64,000 nt of DNA from assembly GCA_046482545.1 (NCBI GenBank), contig JAWOEX010000010.1, positions 64,001 through 128,000 on the forward strand. The letters run 5' to 3'. The position numbers and the translations under genes were made by a program. Positions 30,990 to 41,058 of the stretch are shown here, piece after piece. The notes beneath the pieces were generated by a model, which saw only the letters and a program-made list of their open reading frames with translations, made no database searches and was not told the origin of the DNA. This DNA is from Candidatus Thorarchaeota archaeon. Its GTDB lineage: Archaea; Asgardarchaeota; Thorarchaeia; Thorarchaeales; Thorarchaeaceae. Positions within the stretch are counted from its first letter, which is position 1; the number at the start of each line of letters is the position of its first letter.

Positions 30990-32342
30990 CTACATCAAAT
31001 AACCCTGTGCAATCATTGCATCGGCGACTTTCATGAAGCCAGCAATATTCGCACCAAGCATGAGATTGCCTGGTTCGCCGAACATCTCTGATGTTTCGTA
31101 TGCAGTCTTGTGGATGTTGATCATGATGTCATGGAGTTTCCGGTCGACTTCCTCTCGGCTCCAGAAGTACCTCTGGCTGTTCTGAGACATTTCTAGGCCA
31201 GATACAGAGACACCACCGGCGTTTACAGCCTTACCAGGACCATATAGGACATTGGCATCTTGGATTATCTCGATTGCATCAGGTGTTAAGGGCATATTGG
31301 CACCTTCACCTACTGCCAAGACACCATTGTCAACCAGGGCTTGTGCTTCCTTCTTGTCCACTTCGTTCTGTGTCGCACATGGAAGAGCAACATCGCAGCC
31401 GAGGTTCCACGGGTTACTTTCAGGATCAAATTCAACATCATCGAATTCTTCAGCGTATTCTTTAATCCGTCCACGACGTACATTCTTGAGCTCAAGAATC
31501 CACTCCAGCTTCTCTCTATCGATGCCGTCAGGATCATACACGGCACCATCAGAGTCGCTCATGGAAATGACCTTGGCACCCAGCTGGATGCACTTCTCAG
31601 CGGCATACTGGGCCACATTCCCAGAACCGGAAACGCATACCTCCTTACCCTTTATGGTTTCATCACGGGTTTTCAGCATCTCTTCTGTGAAATAGACTGT
31701 TCCATATCCAGTCGCTTCTGGACGGATAAGAGACCCTCCGTAATTGGGACCTTTTCCTGTCAAGACACAGGTGCCATGTTTGTTAGTGACCTTGCGGTAG
31801 GCTCCATAGAGATAGCCAATTTCGCGCGCTCCCACACCAATATCTCCAGCGGGTACGTCAGTAAACTGGCCGATATGCTTGTAGAGCTCGAGCATGAAAC
31901 TGGTACAGAAATTCCGCACCTCTTCATTGGTCTTACCGTGTGGGTCGAAATCAGAACCTCCCTTGCCTCCACCCATTGGTAGGCCCGTCAAAGAGTTCTT
32001 GAAAATCTGTTCGAAACCGAGAAATTTGACTAGACCAAGCCTAACCGTTGGATGAAATCTGAGGCCACCCTTGTAAGGGCCGATTGCTGAATTGAATTGA
32101 ACCCTAAAGCCACGATTGACATTGATTTTGTTATCTCTATCTACCCAAGGAACTCGAAACATGACTACCCTTTCGGGCTCAACTATACGCTCGAGGATGG
32201 CATGCTCCTTGTACTTGGGAAATTTTTCGATAGCCGGCTCAAGGCTTTCCAGGACTTCATATACAGCCTGATGAAAAACATCCTGACGCGGATCTTTTTC
32301 ACGGCATTTTTCATAGACTTCTTCGATGTAGCTACTCACCAT
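30990..32342 (-). CDS. gdhA: NADP-specific glutamate dehydrogenase
   Basis: GPYKGGLRFHP, GGGKGGSDF, DVPAGDIG, RPEATGYG, GSGNVA. Confidence 0.96.
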   Translation of the reverse strand: MVSSYIEEVYEKCREKDPRQDVFHQAVYEVLESLEPAIEKFPKYKEHAILERIVEPERVVMFRVPWVDRDNKINVNRGFRVQFNSAIGPYKGGLRFHPTVRLGLVKFLGFEQIFKNSLTGLPMGGGKGGSDFDPHGKTNEEVRNFCTSFMLELYKHIGQFTDVPAGDIGVGAREIGYLYGAYRKVTNKHGTCVLTGKGPNYGGSLIRPEATGYGTVYFTEEMLKTRDETIKGKEVCVSGSGNVAQYAAEKCIQLGAKVISMSDSDGAVYDPDGIDREKLEWILELKNVRRGRIKEYAEEFDDVEFDPESNPWNLGCDVALPCATQNEVDKKEAQALVDNGVLAVGEGANMPLTPDAIEIIQDANVLYGPGKAVNAGGVSVSGLEMSQNSQRYFWSREEVDRKLHDIMINIHKTAYETSEMFGEPGNLMLGANIAGFMKVADAMIAQGYLM

Positions 32343-32470
32343 AATGCCTCACTCACCATAATGACTGTTGGCATGAACGCTCAGCTGTTTCCCTTACATA
32401 AATGTGGTGTTTTAACTAGAAATACCATACCGACTGAGAAAACATATTCTCCGGGTGTGGGAATCATCAG

Positions 32471-33238
32471 CTACTTGAGTGTGTCTTCTCGTTTTGTCTT
32501 CCCATACCCTTTTCGTGTTCTCTCAAACCTTTGCCTTCTGTCAATATCTGCGTTGAAAAACGAACTTCCGATACCAGAACTACACTCTTCACACATTAGC
32601 CCAGACGTTTTATCGAAATTAACGATTTTGCCACAAGAGATGCATATCCAAAGGCCGCTTCGATAAAGGCGGTCTCTCCGAAAGACGATCTTCGCTATCT
32701 CGTTCATAGATTTAGGACATTCCTTAGAAACCCCAGTTATCTTGCCATCGGACCAGCTGCATATGAGAGACACAAGGGTAGTCAGAAGCTCTATCAGTCT
32801 CGTGGTGTTTTCCTCTATTTCATTTGCTGTCTCGGTTCTACTATCAGCAGGGGTTTCCTCAATATCTGAAAGAAATTCTAGGAAAGCAAAGAACGCAGGC
32901 ATTGGAAAGCTCGATTCATTTTCAGAAACGGCCATTCTGGCAAGCACTGCCGATATCATGACTGTTTGGCTATAATCCTCGTTAAGAATGGACTCAACCT
33001 CTCTACCAACATCCTCTGGCTTTAGACGAAACTCAGTCAGTGGCAATCCTTCTTCCTTCAGGACAAACCGAACAGATTCCATGAAATCTCTTTTCTGGTA
33101 CATGGCCGCATTAACGCGGTTTGTGAGCTCGCTATATGCAATGCCTGTTTCGTCTGCAATTTTCTGCAATAAGTCACGAGCAGTATTAGGCAAGCTAAAC
33201 ACAAACCATGATTTCAGGTGTGTGATATCGAACAGCAA
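32471..33238 (-). CDS. hypothetical protein with C-terminal zinc finger
   Basis: CISCG...CEEC; true start probably the downstream TTG (MPNTAR). Confidence 0.65.
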   Translation of the reverse strand: MLFDITHLKSWFVFSLPNTARDLLQKIADETGIAYSELTNRVNAAMYQKRDFMESVRFVLKEEGLPLTEFRLKPEDVGREVESILNEDYSQTVMISAVLARMAVSENESSFPMPAFFAFLEFLSDIEETPADSRTETANEIEENTTRLIELLTTLVSLICSWSDGKITGVSKECPKSMNEIAKIVFRRDRLYRSGLWICISCGKIVNFDKTSGLMCEECSSGIGSSFFNADIDRRQRFERTRKGYGKTKREDTLK

Positions 33239-33291
33239 GCATTTTAGGTTGTCGCCTATGTCCTAAGAATAGCAAGAGGTAAAGAGAGGTA

Positions 33292-33840
33292 ATAACCCTG
33301 CTTTCCGATCGCGACCTAAGAGAGGCCATAGAATCCGGATCAGTTAGAATCGAGCCCTATGACGCTGATTCAGTTGGTCCATGTAGTATTGATTTGCGAC
33401 TTGATTCAGTGTTTCGAACGTATAACCCGGGAACACCGGTAGATATCAAGAAACCGGAGGAAGCTGCCGAGTACACCCAAATCGTTGAAACCCGAGGAGA
33501 ACCATTCATGATTCTCCCAGGACAGTTCGTTCTTGCCCAAACACTAGAAGAAATCGCCATATCAAGTGAATATGCGGGACTTCTGGAAGGACGTTCAAGT
33601 GTTGCCCGATTGGGGATAATTGTTCACGCTGCTGGATTGGTTAATCCTGGTACAGGAATGGAGGAGCCGACGAAATTGACCCTCGAAATCTACTGTTTCA
33701 ATCTTAGTCCTGTGTTGCTTTATCCTGAAATGAGAATCGTTCAGATGATGTTAGTTCCTCTCAGTTCTCCAGCAGCGGTGGGCTATGACGAGAGACCATC
33801 GAGTAGGTACATTGGGCAGGAGTCTCCCGATATGAACTGA
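33292..33840 (+). CDS. dcd: dCTP deaminase (non-canonical start)
   Basis: LSDRDL...IEP...SIDLRL, GRSSVARLGI; conserved N-terminus extends upstream of the first TTG. Confidence 0.88.
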   Translation: MTLLSDRDLREAIESGSVRIEPYDADSVGPCSIDLRLDSVFRTYNPGTPVDIKKPEEAAEYTQIVETRGEPFMILPGQFVLAQTLEEIAISSEYAGLLEGRSSVARLGIIVHAAGLVNPGTGMEEPTKLTLEIYCFNLSPVLLYPEMRIVQMMLVPLSSPAAVGYDERPSSRYIGQESPDMN

Positions 33841-33883
33841 CGGAAGGCCTATAAACAAGCTGGTATGAATTCGGCACGGCGTA

Positions 33884-34873
33884 TTGTTGATGAAGGCTTA
33901 CGATGTGGTTTTGGCAAGTGGCGCCGAGCATCTCAGGTCGAGATTTGAGGAGAAGGGTTACCGCGTATACTGTTGTGGAGAAAATTATGACGAGAGGCGA
34001 GTATTTCCAAATGGTGACTTGTACGTCAGGATAGCAGGAATAGAGGATCTTTCGGATAGAAGAGTCGTAGTTGTACAGACTTGTACCGGAACAATTCATG
34101 ATGGCGCGTTCTTTTCAACAGCGGACAGTGTTGTTGAGCTGCTGCTCATGCTTGATGCGCTTAAACGACCTGTGGAAGTTGAAAGAATACGAAGTAAAGA
34201 ATACAAAACCACACCAATCCCACCACCATCTCATGTAGAGGTAGTTCTTACGTTCCAACCGTTTGGACTGCAGGACAAAGCCTTCGAGACTGGCGAAGCG
34301 GAGTCTGCTAGATGGGCGACTGAAACAATAGCCCGGAACTGCAACAAAATTTGGGCAGTCAACCCCCATGCTACAACAAACCTTGAATGGGTTCAAAATT
34401 TTATGGAGCGTGACCTACTAGAGTATATTGATATTACACCCCGACTCATCGAATTTGGTGCAAAGAAGTTTGGATTCGAAGAATTTGAAGTCGTTACACC
34501 TGATTTGGGAGGACAACAGAGATTCAGTGTGAAGGGTTTCAGCAAAGAGAGGTCTGATTCATTCCATGTACAGCTTACTGGCGATTTGGACGTCAAGGGT
34601 AAGAATGTGATTGTACTCGACGATTTGACGAAAAGCGGTAGCACACTCTTGAATGCACAAGAACGACTACGAGAGCAAGGAGTAGCCGATGTTGGCCTTG
34701 CAGTTGTGCATGTACTTCCATTAGTAGGAAGAGGAGAAGAACTGCTCGAAAACTTGTTTGAAAAATGTGATGGATCTATTGTGACCACTAATACAGTCCG
34801 AACATCTCTCTTTTGGGAGAAGCACCCCGACCGCACGTATAACATTGTTGACAGCTTAGTGGGAATTCTCTGA
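33884..34873 (+). CDS. divergent ribose-phosphate pyrophosphokinase-like phosphoribosyltransferase
   Basis: FPNGDLYVRI, QDKAF..GE, PDLGG, VIVLDDLTKSGSTL PRPP loop. Confidence 0.8.
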   Translation: MLMKAYDVVLASGAEHLRSRFEEKGYRVYCCGENYDERRVFPNGDLYVRIAGIEDLSDRRVVVVQTCTGTIHDGAFFSTADSVVELLLMLDALKRPVEVERIRSKEYKTTPIPPPSHVEVVLTFQPFGLQDKAFETGEAESARWATETIARNCNKIWAVNPHATTNLEWVQNFMERDLLEYIDITPRLIEFGAKKFGFEEFEVVTPDLGGQQRFSVKGFSKERSDSFHVQLTGDLDVKGKNVIVLDDLTKSGSTLLNAQERLREQGVADVGLAVVHVLPLVGRGEELLENLFEKCDGSIVTTNTVRTSLFWEKHPDRTYNIVDSLVGIL

Positions 34874-36610
34874 TTGAGAAGAAAGAAGCCACAGCAAGAG
34901 TTAATTAATAGACTACTGAACCAGAGTCTGAGTGGAGCGTGTGCGGAGATGGTCAGAAGACTTAGACTCCCCTTTGCATTAAAGAAGAAAGATTTGGGGC
35001 TGGAAGCGACTTCAGAATCAGAATCCACCGTTGTGGCTCTGGCAAGAGCAGAACCCAACATAGAAGATGAAATGACTTATGCGCTGGCTAGAATTCCCAT
35101 TCCATTCTGGTGCGTACAGATATCTGAGCATGAATCCATCATTCTCTCTGCAATCATGGATGAGCCCCAAATCTTTGAATTCACCAATGATAAGAAGCTA
35201 GGCACAATCAAGCGTATGCTAAGAAGTGATATGGATAGCTGGCAAACTATTCCAGAAAGTGCTGAACACATCCTTCCGCTTATTGGGAGCATAGAAAAGG
35301 AAGTCAAGTACATGAAAGGGTTGGTCAATCCTTCCGTGTTTTTGCCAGTCGGTAACCATTTTTCAGAGCAAGAAGGGCAGAAAAGTACGCAAGTTCTGAA
35401 TGAAATAATTGATTCCCATAACGCGTTGGATACAAGTGAGCAATTCCAAGAAATTTTGGATACCAGAAGAATTAGGCTCGAAAGCATTCAAGAAATCCAA
35501 CAATTGTTGGAGAAAAAGCTAGAAAGGGAAACAGACAAACTTGATAATTTCATTAAAAGAGAGCGGGAACGGACCGAACAACGTACGAGAAACTTGCATG
35601 AAATTGCCGATATAGAAATCTCCATGCTGAAAGAAGAGGTAGAAGAGCAGCTAGAGAAGCTTGAGCAAGAGGAAACCATGGATTTAAGGGCATTGACTGC
35701 AGAGTTTGCACGAAGCACAAACCAGCTAGAGATTTTCTTCTCGAAGGATATTCTTGAAAAAATCAGGAAGCAGCGTAGTAAGATAGGTCAAAGCAAAGCG
35801 GATGTTGAATCAGCAACTAGTCACTTCGTCGAGCTTGCCGAGTGTTTGCACAACAATGTACACGAGTATAAGGAAATTATCTCTGAACTCAATTCCGAGA
35901 GCGAGCGAATACTTGCTCGCGGAAAGGAAATAAGGCAATCCTACGAAGACAAACGGAACAAGATTCATGATGAGATTAACGTACAAATACGAAATCATCA
36001 GCATCGCATTGTTGAGTTTGATCTTGAGCGTGATCAAGCTGAAAACAAATTACTAGAAGCAAGGGCCCGATTAGACGATGCTCGTGAAAGATTAATTGAA
36101 ACAATCCAAGAACGGGTCCATACGCTTAAAGAGGAGCTGAGAAACCTACAAGAATTCGCTTTCAAAAGTGTGAATATCCCGGGTCTAGCTTCGCTGACGA
36201 AGCTCAACGTCGAGATCTTCTTGCATAACCAAAACGAGCGGCTGGAAATAATGACCCCTTGCATCATACCCGAGGAGGGAGTAACATTGGGTTTGGAATG
36301 TGAGGAAACCAATCATGAACTTAGTTCTTTCCTTAGAGAGATGGTTGAAAATAGAATTGATTCCAGAATGTCATTTGCTAATGAATTAGAACGAGTGTGT
36401 ATTTCAGAGAATTTGTTTCTCGCTCCACAGATGAGCGAATCCCTTCAGGAAGGTGTTGATGAACTGCATCATAGCGGACTTTTAGAAAGCCATAGAAAGA
36501 GAGCCCTCACAAAAAGATTCAGCTTAAGAGCTCGAAGGTGCCCATATTGTGGGGCTGAAATTGCTGAATCTATCCGCTTCTGTGGAGAATGTGGAAAACC
36601 GCTTCAATGA
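34874..36610 (+). CDS. long coiled-coil protein with C-terminal zinc ribbon
   Basis: Extended heptads; CPYCG...FCGECG. Confidence 0.7.
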   Translation: MRRKKPQQELINRLLNQSLSGACAEMVRRLRLPFALKKKDLGLEATSESESTVVALARAEPNIEDEMTYALARIPIPFWCVQISEHESIILSAIMDEPQIFEFTNDKKLGTIKRMLRSDMDSWQTIPESAEHILPLIGSIEKEVKYMKGLVNPSVFLPVGNHFSEQEGQKSTQVLNEIIDSHNALDTSEQFQEILDTRRIRLESIQEIQQLLEKKLERETDKLDNFIKRERERTEQRTRNLHEIADIEISMLKEEVEEQLEKLEQEETMDLRALTAEFARSTNQLEIFFSKDILEKIRKQRSKIGQSKADVESATSHFVELAECLHNNVHEYKEIISELNSESERILARGKEIRQSYEDKRNKIHDEINVQIRNHQHRIVEFDLERDQAENKLLEARARLDDARERLIETIQERVHTLKEELRNLQEFAFKSVNIPGLASLTKLNVEIFLHNQNERLEIMTPCIIPEEGVTLGLECEETNHELSSFLREMVENRIDSRMSFANELERVCISENLFLAPQMSESLQEGVDELHHSGLLESHRKRALTKRFSLRARRCPYCGAEIAESIRFCGECGKPLQ

Positions 36611-36612
36611 AT

Positions 36613-36840
36613 TTACTCCAAGTAATCATCCGCATCCCCGGTTGCTATCCAGCTCTTGGTACTGTATCGTTCAGCCAAATCCTTCTCTTCTAAGGAGTTT
36701 AAAGCGCCGATTATCTCATTTCGAGTATAGCGGGTTTCTTGGCTGCTTAATGCTTTCTGGATTGCTGATGCACGATGATTGTCATCATATATGAAGCGGA
36801 GAATTTTCCGCTCAAGCTCAGAAATGTCTTCGTCACTCAT
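36613..36840 (-). CDS. small winged-helix protein
   Basis: LERKILRFI...EIIGALNSLEEKDL...W. Confidence 0.7.
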   Translation of the reverse strand: MSDEDISELERKILRFIYDDNHRASAIQKALSSQETRYTRNEIIGALNSLEEKDLAERYSTKSWIATGDADDYLE

Positions 36841-36953
36841 GGTAATCTATTCAACTCCCGCAAAACTGAATCTTAAAAACGCTGTCATTGGGGGTAAGAC
36901 ACTACGAAACCCTTTTTACAACTCTGAATTGCACCCCACTAGTCAGTGAATGG

Positions 36954-37706
36954 ATGATGAACAGATCTGAGTACCATATCAGGATAGCCAAAGGGGAGAT
37001 GCCACAACGAGTCTTGCTGCCTGGAGACCCCGGTAGAGCTAAGGCCATTGCACATACCTACTTTGATAATCCTTCAGAAGTAGCAAGGAACCGGGAGTAC
37101 TGGAGTTTTAAGGGCGAATATGATGGCATAGAAGTTGGTGTCTGTTCAACAGGAATCGGCTGTCCCTCTGCGGCTATCGCAATCGAGGAGCTTGTCAAGG
37201 TAGGATGTAAGTCGTTCATACGAGTCGGTTCGGCAGGTGCCATAGATAGAACGCTCTCGGCAGGAGACCTCGTAATCTTTTCTGGATCCGTTCGGGATGA
37301 CGGCACATCAGTTCAGTATGTACCCATCGAGTACCCCGCCGTTGCTGACCCTGTAATGGTCCAATCACTGGCAAGAGCAGCAGAAAGAAGGAATGCACCA
37401 TACAGAATCGGAATCGGACATAGCAAAGATGCCTTCTACAGTGAACATCCAGATATGGTATCTAATCCAACTGCTCTCAAACAAAAGTGGAAATCTATGG
37501 AACGTGTGGGTGTACTGGCTACTGAGATGGAATCGGCAGTTCTTTTTGTACTGGGACATCTTAGAAAAGTCAGGGTTGGAACTGTATGTGTGATAATTGG
37601 TGAACCCATTCAGAACAAAGCAGAAATTACAGAAAAACCAAAGCTAGAACACTTAGTTCCTGTGGCGCTGGATGCCATAACCGCGACTGATATCGACTTG
37701 ACATGA
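36954..37706 (+). CDS. udp: uridine/nucleoside phosphorylase
   Basis: YHI, LPGDPGRA, STGIGCPS, RVGSAG, EMES. Confidence 0.9.
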   Translation: MMNRSEYHIRIAKGEMPQRVLLPGDPGRAKAIAHTYFDNPSEVARNREYWSFKGEYDGIEVGVCSTGIGCPSAAIAIEELVKVGCKSFIRVGSAGAIDRTLSAGDLVIFSGSVRDDGTSVQYVPIEYPAVADPVMVQSLARAAERRNAPYRIGIGHSKDAFYSEHPDMVSNPTALKQKWKSMERVGVLATEMESAVLFVLGHLRKVRVGTVCVIIGEPIQNKAEITEKPKLEHLVPVALDAITATDIDLT

Positions 37707-37761
37707 TTTGAAACAATCGCATCTAATACCTAGTAGGGATAATGCTCCTATTTTCAAAACG

Positions 37762-38547
37762 CTACACTCTTGCGCCCCAAACACGCTTTTGTAGTTTTAT
37801 CAGCAAATCGTCTGCTTCGGATTCTTCTATACGTGCTAACCTAGCGAGATTTTTTGGACTTGAAGAGAGCAGATCTGTTACTCCCGTCAACCCAGCATCA
37901 ATAATTGATTGAACAGTCTTCTCAGAGATACCGATTTCACGAAGAGTGGTTCTCATCTCTTCTGTCACTGTTTCATCTTGAGCAGGGCGGGTAACATCTG
38001 GTAAATCCTGGACATCTTCCGATGACTCTTGACCAACATCGCTAACTTCAATCTCATCGAAATCAGCCATCTTGCCCGCGAGAGAGAACTGATTAACAAA
38101 ATTTGGTCGCAAGAGAAAAATGCCAATTAGAAAAGAACCTATAAGCAAGGGAATTAGGATGACAGGACCCAAGTTAAGCCCAACAATCTCACCTTCAGGC
38201 CCAAAAATGGGCAGGGCATTCTCTACACCAAACAATAGAATGTCAATAATGAAGTCGCCTGTCAGCTCGATATCAAGAATCAACCATAGCGGTGAGAAGA
38301 ATGCCAATCCGCCCAGCTCGAATATGAGAATCTCTCTTAGAGCCTCTCTCCAGCGATAATAGACAAACAGAATCGGCAATATCATAATTATTAACGAAAC
38401 TATGGTCCATATCGTGTATATACGCCAGATTCTTTGCAGCACAGCAGAATCCGAAACACCATAACCCATCATCTTAATGATAGCTGCACCATTAAATATG
38501 ATGCCTGAAATGAGCGCTGAAAAGACAATTCCGTGGGCATATCTCAA
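37762..38547 (-). CDS. multi-pass membrane protein with C-terminal HhH-like domain
   Basis: About four TM helices; GISEKTVQSIIDAGL...LARLARIEE. Confidence 0.65.
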   Translation of the reverse strand: MRYAHGIVFSALISGIIFNGAAIIKMMGYGVSDSAVLQRIWRIYTIWTIVSLIIMILPILFVYYRWREALREILIFELGGLAFFSPLWLILDIELTGDFIIDILLFGVENALPIFGPEGEIVGLNLGPVILIPLLIGSFLIGIFLLRPNFVNQFSLAGKMADFDEIEVSDVGQESSEDVQDLPDVTRPAQDETVTEEMRTTLREIGISEKTVQSIIDAGLTGVTDLLSSSPKNLARLARIEESEADDLLIKLQKRVWGARV

Positions 38548-38722
38548 AGAGTATCAACACCTCTAAGCCTGCTGTTCGCTTAATGGGGCATCAACTCACT
38601 TAAAGTTATTCCGAGAGAAACGCTCTTTTCCTGATGACACTAGCAAGAATTTGACCTTAACAAAGATAAAACATTCACCATCCTTATTTGTAGCATGTAC
38701 CTACAAGTTCTTGTGAATTGGA

Positions 38723-39808
38723 TTGGAACCGTTTCTGGTCGTAGGGACTCGCCCCGAAATCATAAAGATGGCACCAGTTGTCCATGCTTGGGAGAACAGG
38801 GGCCAAAAGCTATTCCTGCTTCACACAGGGCAACATTACTCAAACTACATGAGTGATGCATTCTTCCAAGACATGGATTTGAGAGAACCGGATAAGAACT
38901 TGAATATTGGTTCAGGTTCGCACTCTGAACAGACAGCAAAGGCATTACTCGGAATAGAAAAGCAATTGCAAATACTAAAGCCACCACTTGTTGTAGTGGA
39001 AGGTGATACAAATGCCGTGCTGTCTGCTGCACTAGCAGCTGTAAAGCTCAACATACCTGTTGCTCATGTAGAAGCCGGCCTTCGAAGCTTCGATATCAGA
39101 ATGCCCGAAGAACATAATCGCAGACTGACTGACCATGCCAGCACTCTGCTTTTTGCACCGACAAAAGATGCGGCTGAAACGCTGAAAGAGGAGAATGTGT
39201 GGGGAGAGGTGCATATAACTGGAAATACAGTAATTGATGCAGTTGAAAGATACATGCCTATGGCATTAGAGAAGAGTGACATTCTAGATAGACTGCAACT
39301 CGACAAATATGCACTTCTTACTCTCCATCGGGCAGAGAATGTTGATGATCCTGATATCCTGAAAGGACTCATAGATGGTATTCTCAAACTGGAGACGGAT
39401 ATACTATTCCCAGCTCATCCTAGAACTATCGCCCGACTTGTAGAATACGACATGATGGATAAAATCAAAGCGAACGACCAGATAGTACCCATCGAACCCG
39501 TGCCATATTTGGACTTTCTACGGTTAATGCATGGTTGCTCCTATATCCTTACAGATTCTGGAGGAATCCAAGAAGAAGCAACTGCCCCGGCTGTGAACAA
39601 GCGTGTTTTTGTCCTCAGAACATCGACAGAGCGCCCCGAGGCCGTAGATTCGGGATATGCTCACGTCATCGGTACTGATTCTGAAGTATTCCCAGATCGC
39701 GTGAAGGATCTTTTGGAAAAGCCCTTTGAACCAACGGAATGTCCATATGGAGACGGTAAGGCTGGTGAGAAGATTGTTCAGATAATAGTGGACTGGGCAG
39801 AAACGTAA
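38723..39808 (+). CDS. wecB: UDP-N-acetylglucosamine 2-epimerase (non-hydrolysing)
   Basis: GTRPEIIK, HTGQH, GDT, HVEAGLRS, TDSGGIQEE, ERPE. Confidence 0.95.
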   Translation: MEPFLVVGTRPEIIKMAPVVHAWENRGQKLFLLHTGQHYSNYMSDAFFQDMDLREPDKNLNIGSGSHSEQTAKALLGIEKQLQILKPPLVVVEGDTNAVLSAALAAVKLNIPVAHVEAGLRSFDIRMPEEHNRRLTDHASTLLFAPTKDAAETLKEENVWGEVHITGNTVIDAVERYMPMALEKSDILDRLQLDKYALLTLHRAENVDDPDILKGLIDGILKLETDILFPAHPRTIARLVEYDMMDKIKANDQIVPIEPVPYLDFLRLMHGCSYILTDSGGIQEEATAPAVNKRVFVLRTSTERPEAVDSGYAHVIGTDSEVFPDRVKDLLEKPFEPTECPYGDGKAGEKIVQIIVDWAET

Positions 39809-39967
39809 TTCGTCCCGAAAAAAGACATGTTGTTCGAAAAAAGCGAATGTTTCTACAAAACAAGGCGAGGGGGCTTCTACTGCGTGTCTGGCGAAGTCTT
39901 ATAAGGCATCAATGCGTTGCTTCTATGCATTCCTATACGAGGAGTGAGGAAAAACGGAGGAAAAACA

Positions 39968-40141
39968 ATGGCAGACTATGTAGTCAAGAAAGCAATTCAG
40001 GACTTCGCACGAAGTAACGACCTTATGGTAGCATCAGATTTCTACGATGAGCTTGATAAGCACGTAGAGAAGCTACTACAGGCCGCGGCAAAGAGAACCA
40101 CGGCTAATAGACGAAAGACACTAAGCCCTCACGATTTGTAG
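39968..40141 (+). CDS. minimal 'face-to-face' type histone (DUF1931-like)
   Basis: VVKKAI...VASDFYDELD...AAKRTTANRRKTLSPHDL; GGAGG upstream. Confidence 0.85.
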   Translation: MADYVVKKAIQDFARSNDLMVASDFYDELDKHVEKLLQAAAKRTTANRRKTLSPHDL

Positions 40142-40160
40142 AATCTGGAGGGCTTAGGGA

Positions 40161-40201
40161 CTGGAACTGTGAAGAATTCAGTTCCAGTTCATCTTTTTTT
40201 T
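40161..40201 (+). terminator. 9-bp hairpin plus T-tract
   Basis: CTGGAACTG...CAGTTCCAG then T8. Confidence 0.75.
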
Positions 40202-40281
40202 GAGCTGAATATCTGGATACCAATCATAGCACTCATTAGGAGCTCAAAGAGCACACCTAACAGTAATTGGAGTGATTTCGA

Positions 40282-41058
40282 TTGGAAATATGCCTAACAA
40301 ATGATGACGGAGCAGACCATCCAGGCTTGCTCAAGTTGGCAGCCAATCTCAGTGAGATAGGCAATGTCACAGTAATTGTACCAAGCAATCAGCGGAGTGC
40401 AACAGGAAAGGCACTCACCCTCAATAGTCCCATTAGAATAAGCGAAGGAATATTGAAAGATGATTATAGGATGATTAAACATTCTGGATTGCCAGCGGAT
40501 TCCGTTATATTGGCGAAGGCATTTATGACTAATATTGACCTAGTAGTTGCAGGGATAAATGGGGGTGCAAATTTGGGCTATCAGAGTATGCTAACAAGTG
40601 GAACGGTAGGAGCTGTAATGGAAGGGGCGATTATGGAAATCCCAGGGATTGCATTTTCTATGGTGGTTGAGCCGCATGAATGGTTCAATTCCCATGGTGT
40701 ACAAGAGAATTACCAAAAGGCAGCTGAAATTGCGACAAGTATTGTTGAAAAAGTCTTGAACAAGAAACTTCCAGAAGGAATAGACGCAATCAACGTCAAC
40801 TTCCCGGCAGAAATAGAGAATGATACTGAAACCATAATCACAAAGCCAGCGAAGGTACGTATCAAGAATGAGCTCGATAGGCGCATAGATCCCAACGGCA
40901 GCCCTTACTATTGGTTGAAGGGGGTAACGGCAGACGCCCCAACTGGTACTGATGCCAGTGAAGTACTGCAGAATGGGAATATCTCAATCTCGCCGATAAT
41001 AATCGATACAGTTGAAGAGAAGGAGACTAAACAACTCAGGTATCTACTCTCTCATTGA
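40282..41058 (+). CDS. surE: 5'/3'-nucleotidase SurE
   Basis: LTNDDG, GLPADSV, GINGGAN, SGTVGA. Confidence 0.93.
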   Translation: MEICLTNDDGADHPGLLKLAANLSEIGNVTVIVPSNQRSATGKALTLNSPIRISEGILKDDYRMIKHSGLPADSVILAKAFMTNIDLVVAGINGGANLGYQSMLTSGTVGAVMEGAIMEIPGIAFSMVVEPHEWFNSHGVQENYQKAAEIATSIVEKVLNKKLPEGIDAINVNFPAEIENDTETIITKPAKVRIKNELDRRIDPNGSPYYWLKGVTADAPTGTDASEVLQNGNISISPIIIDTVEEKETKQLRYLLSH

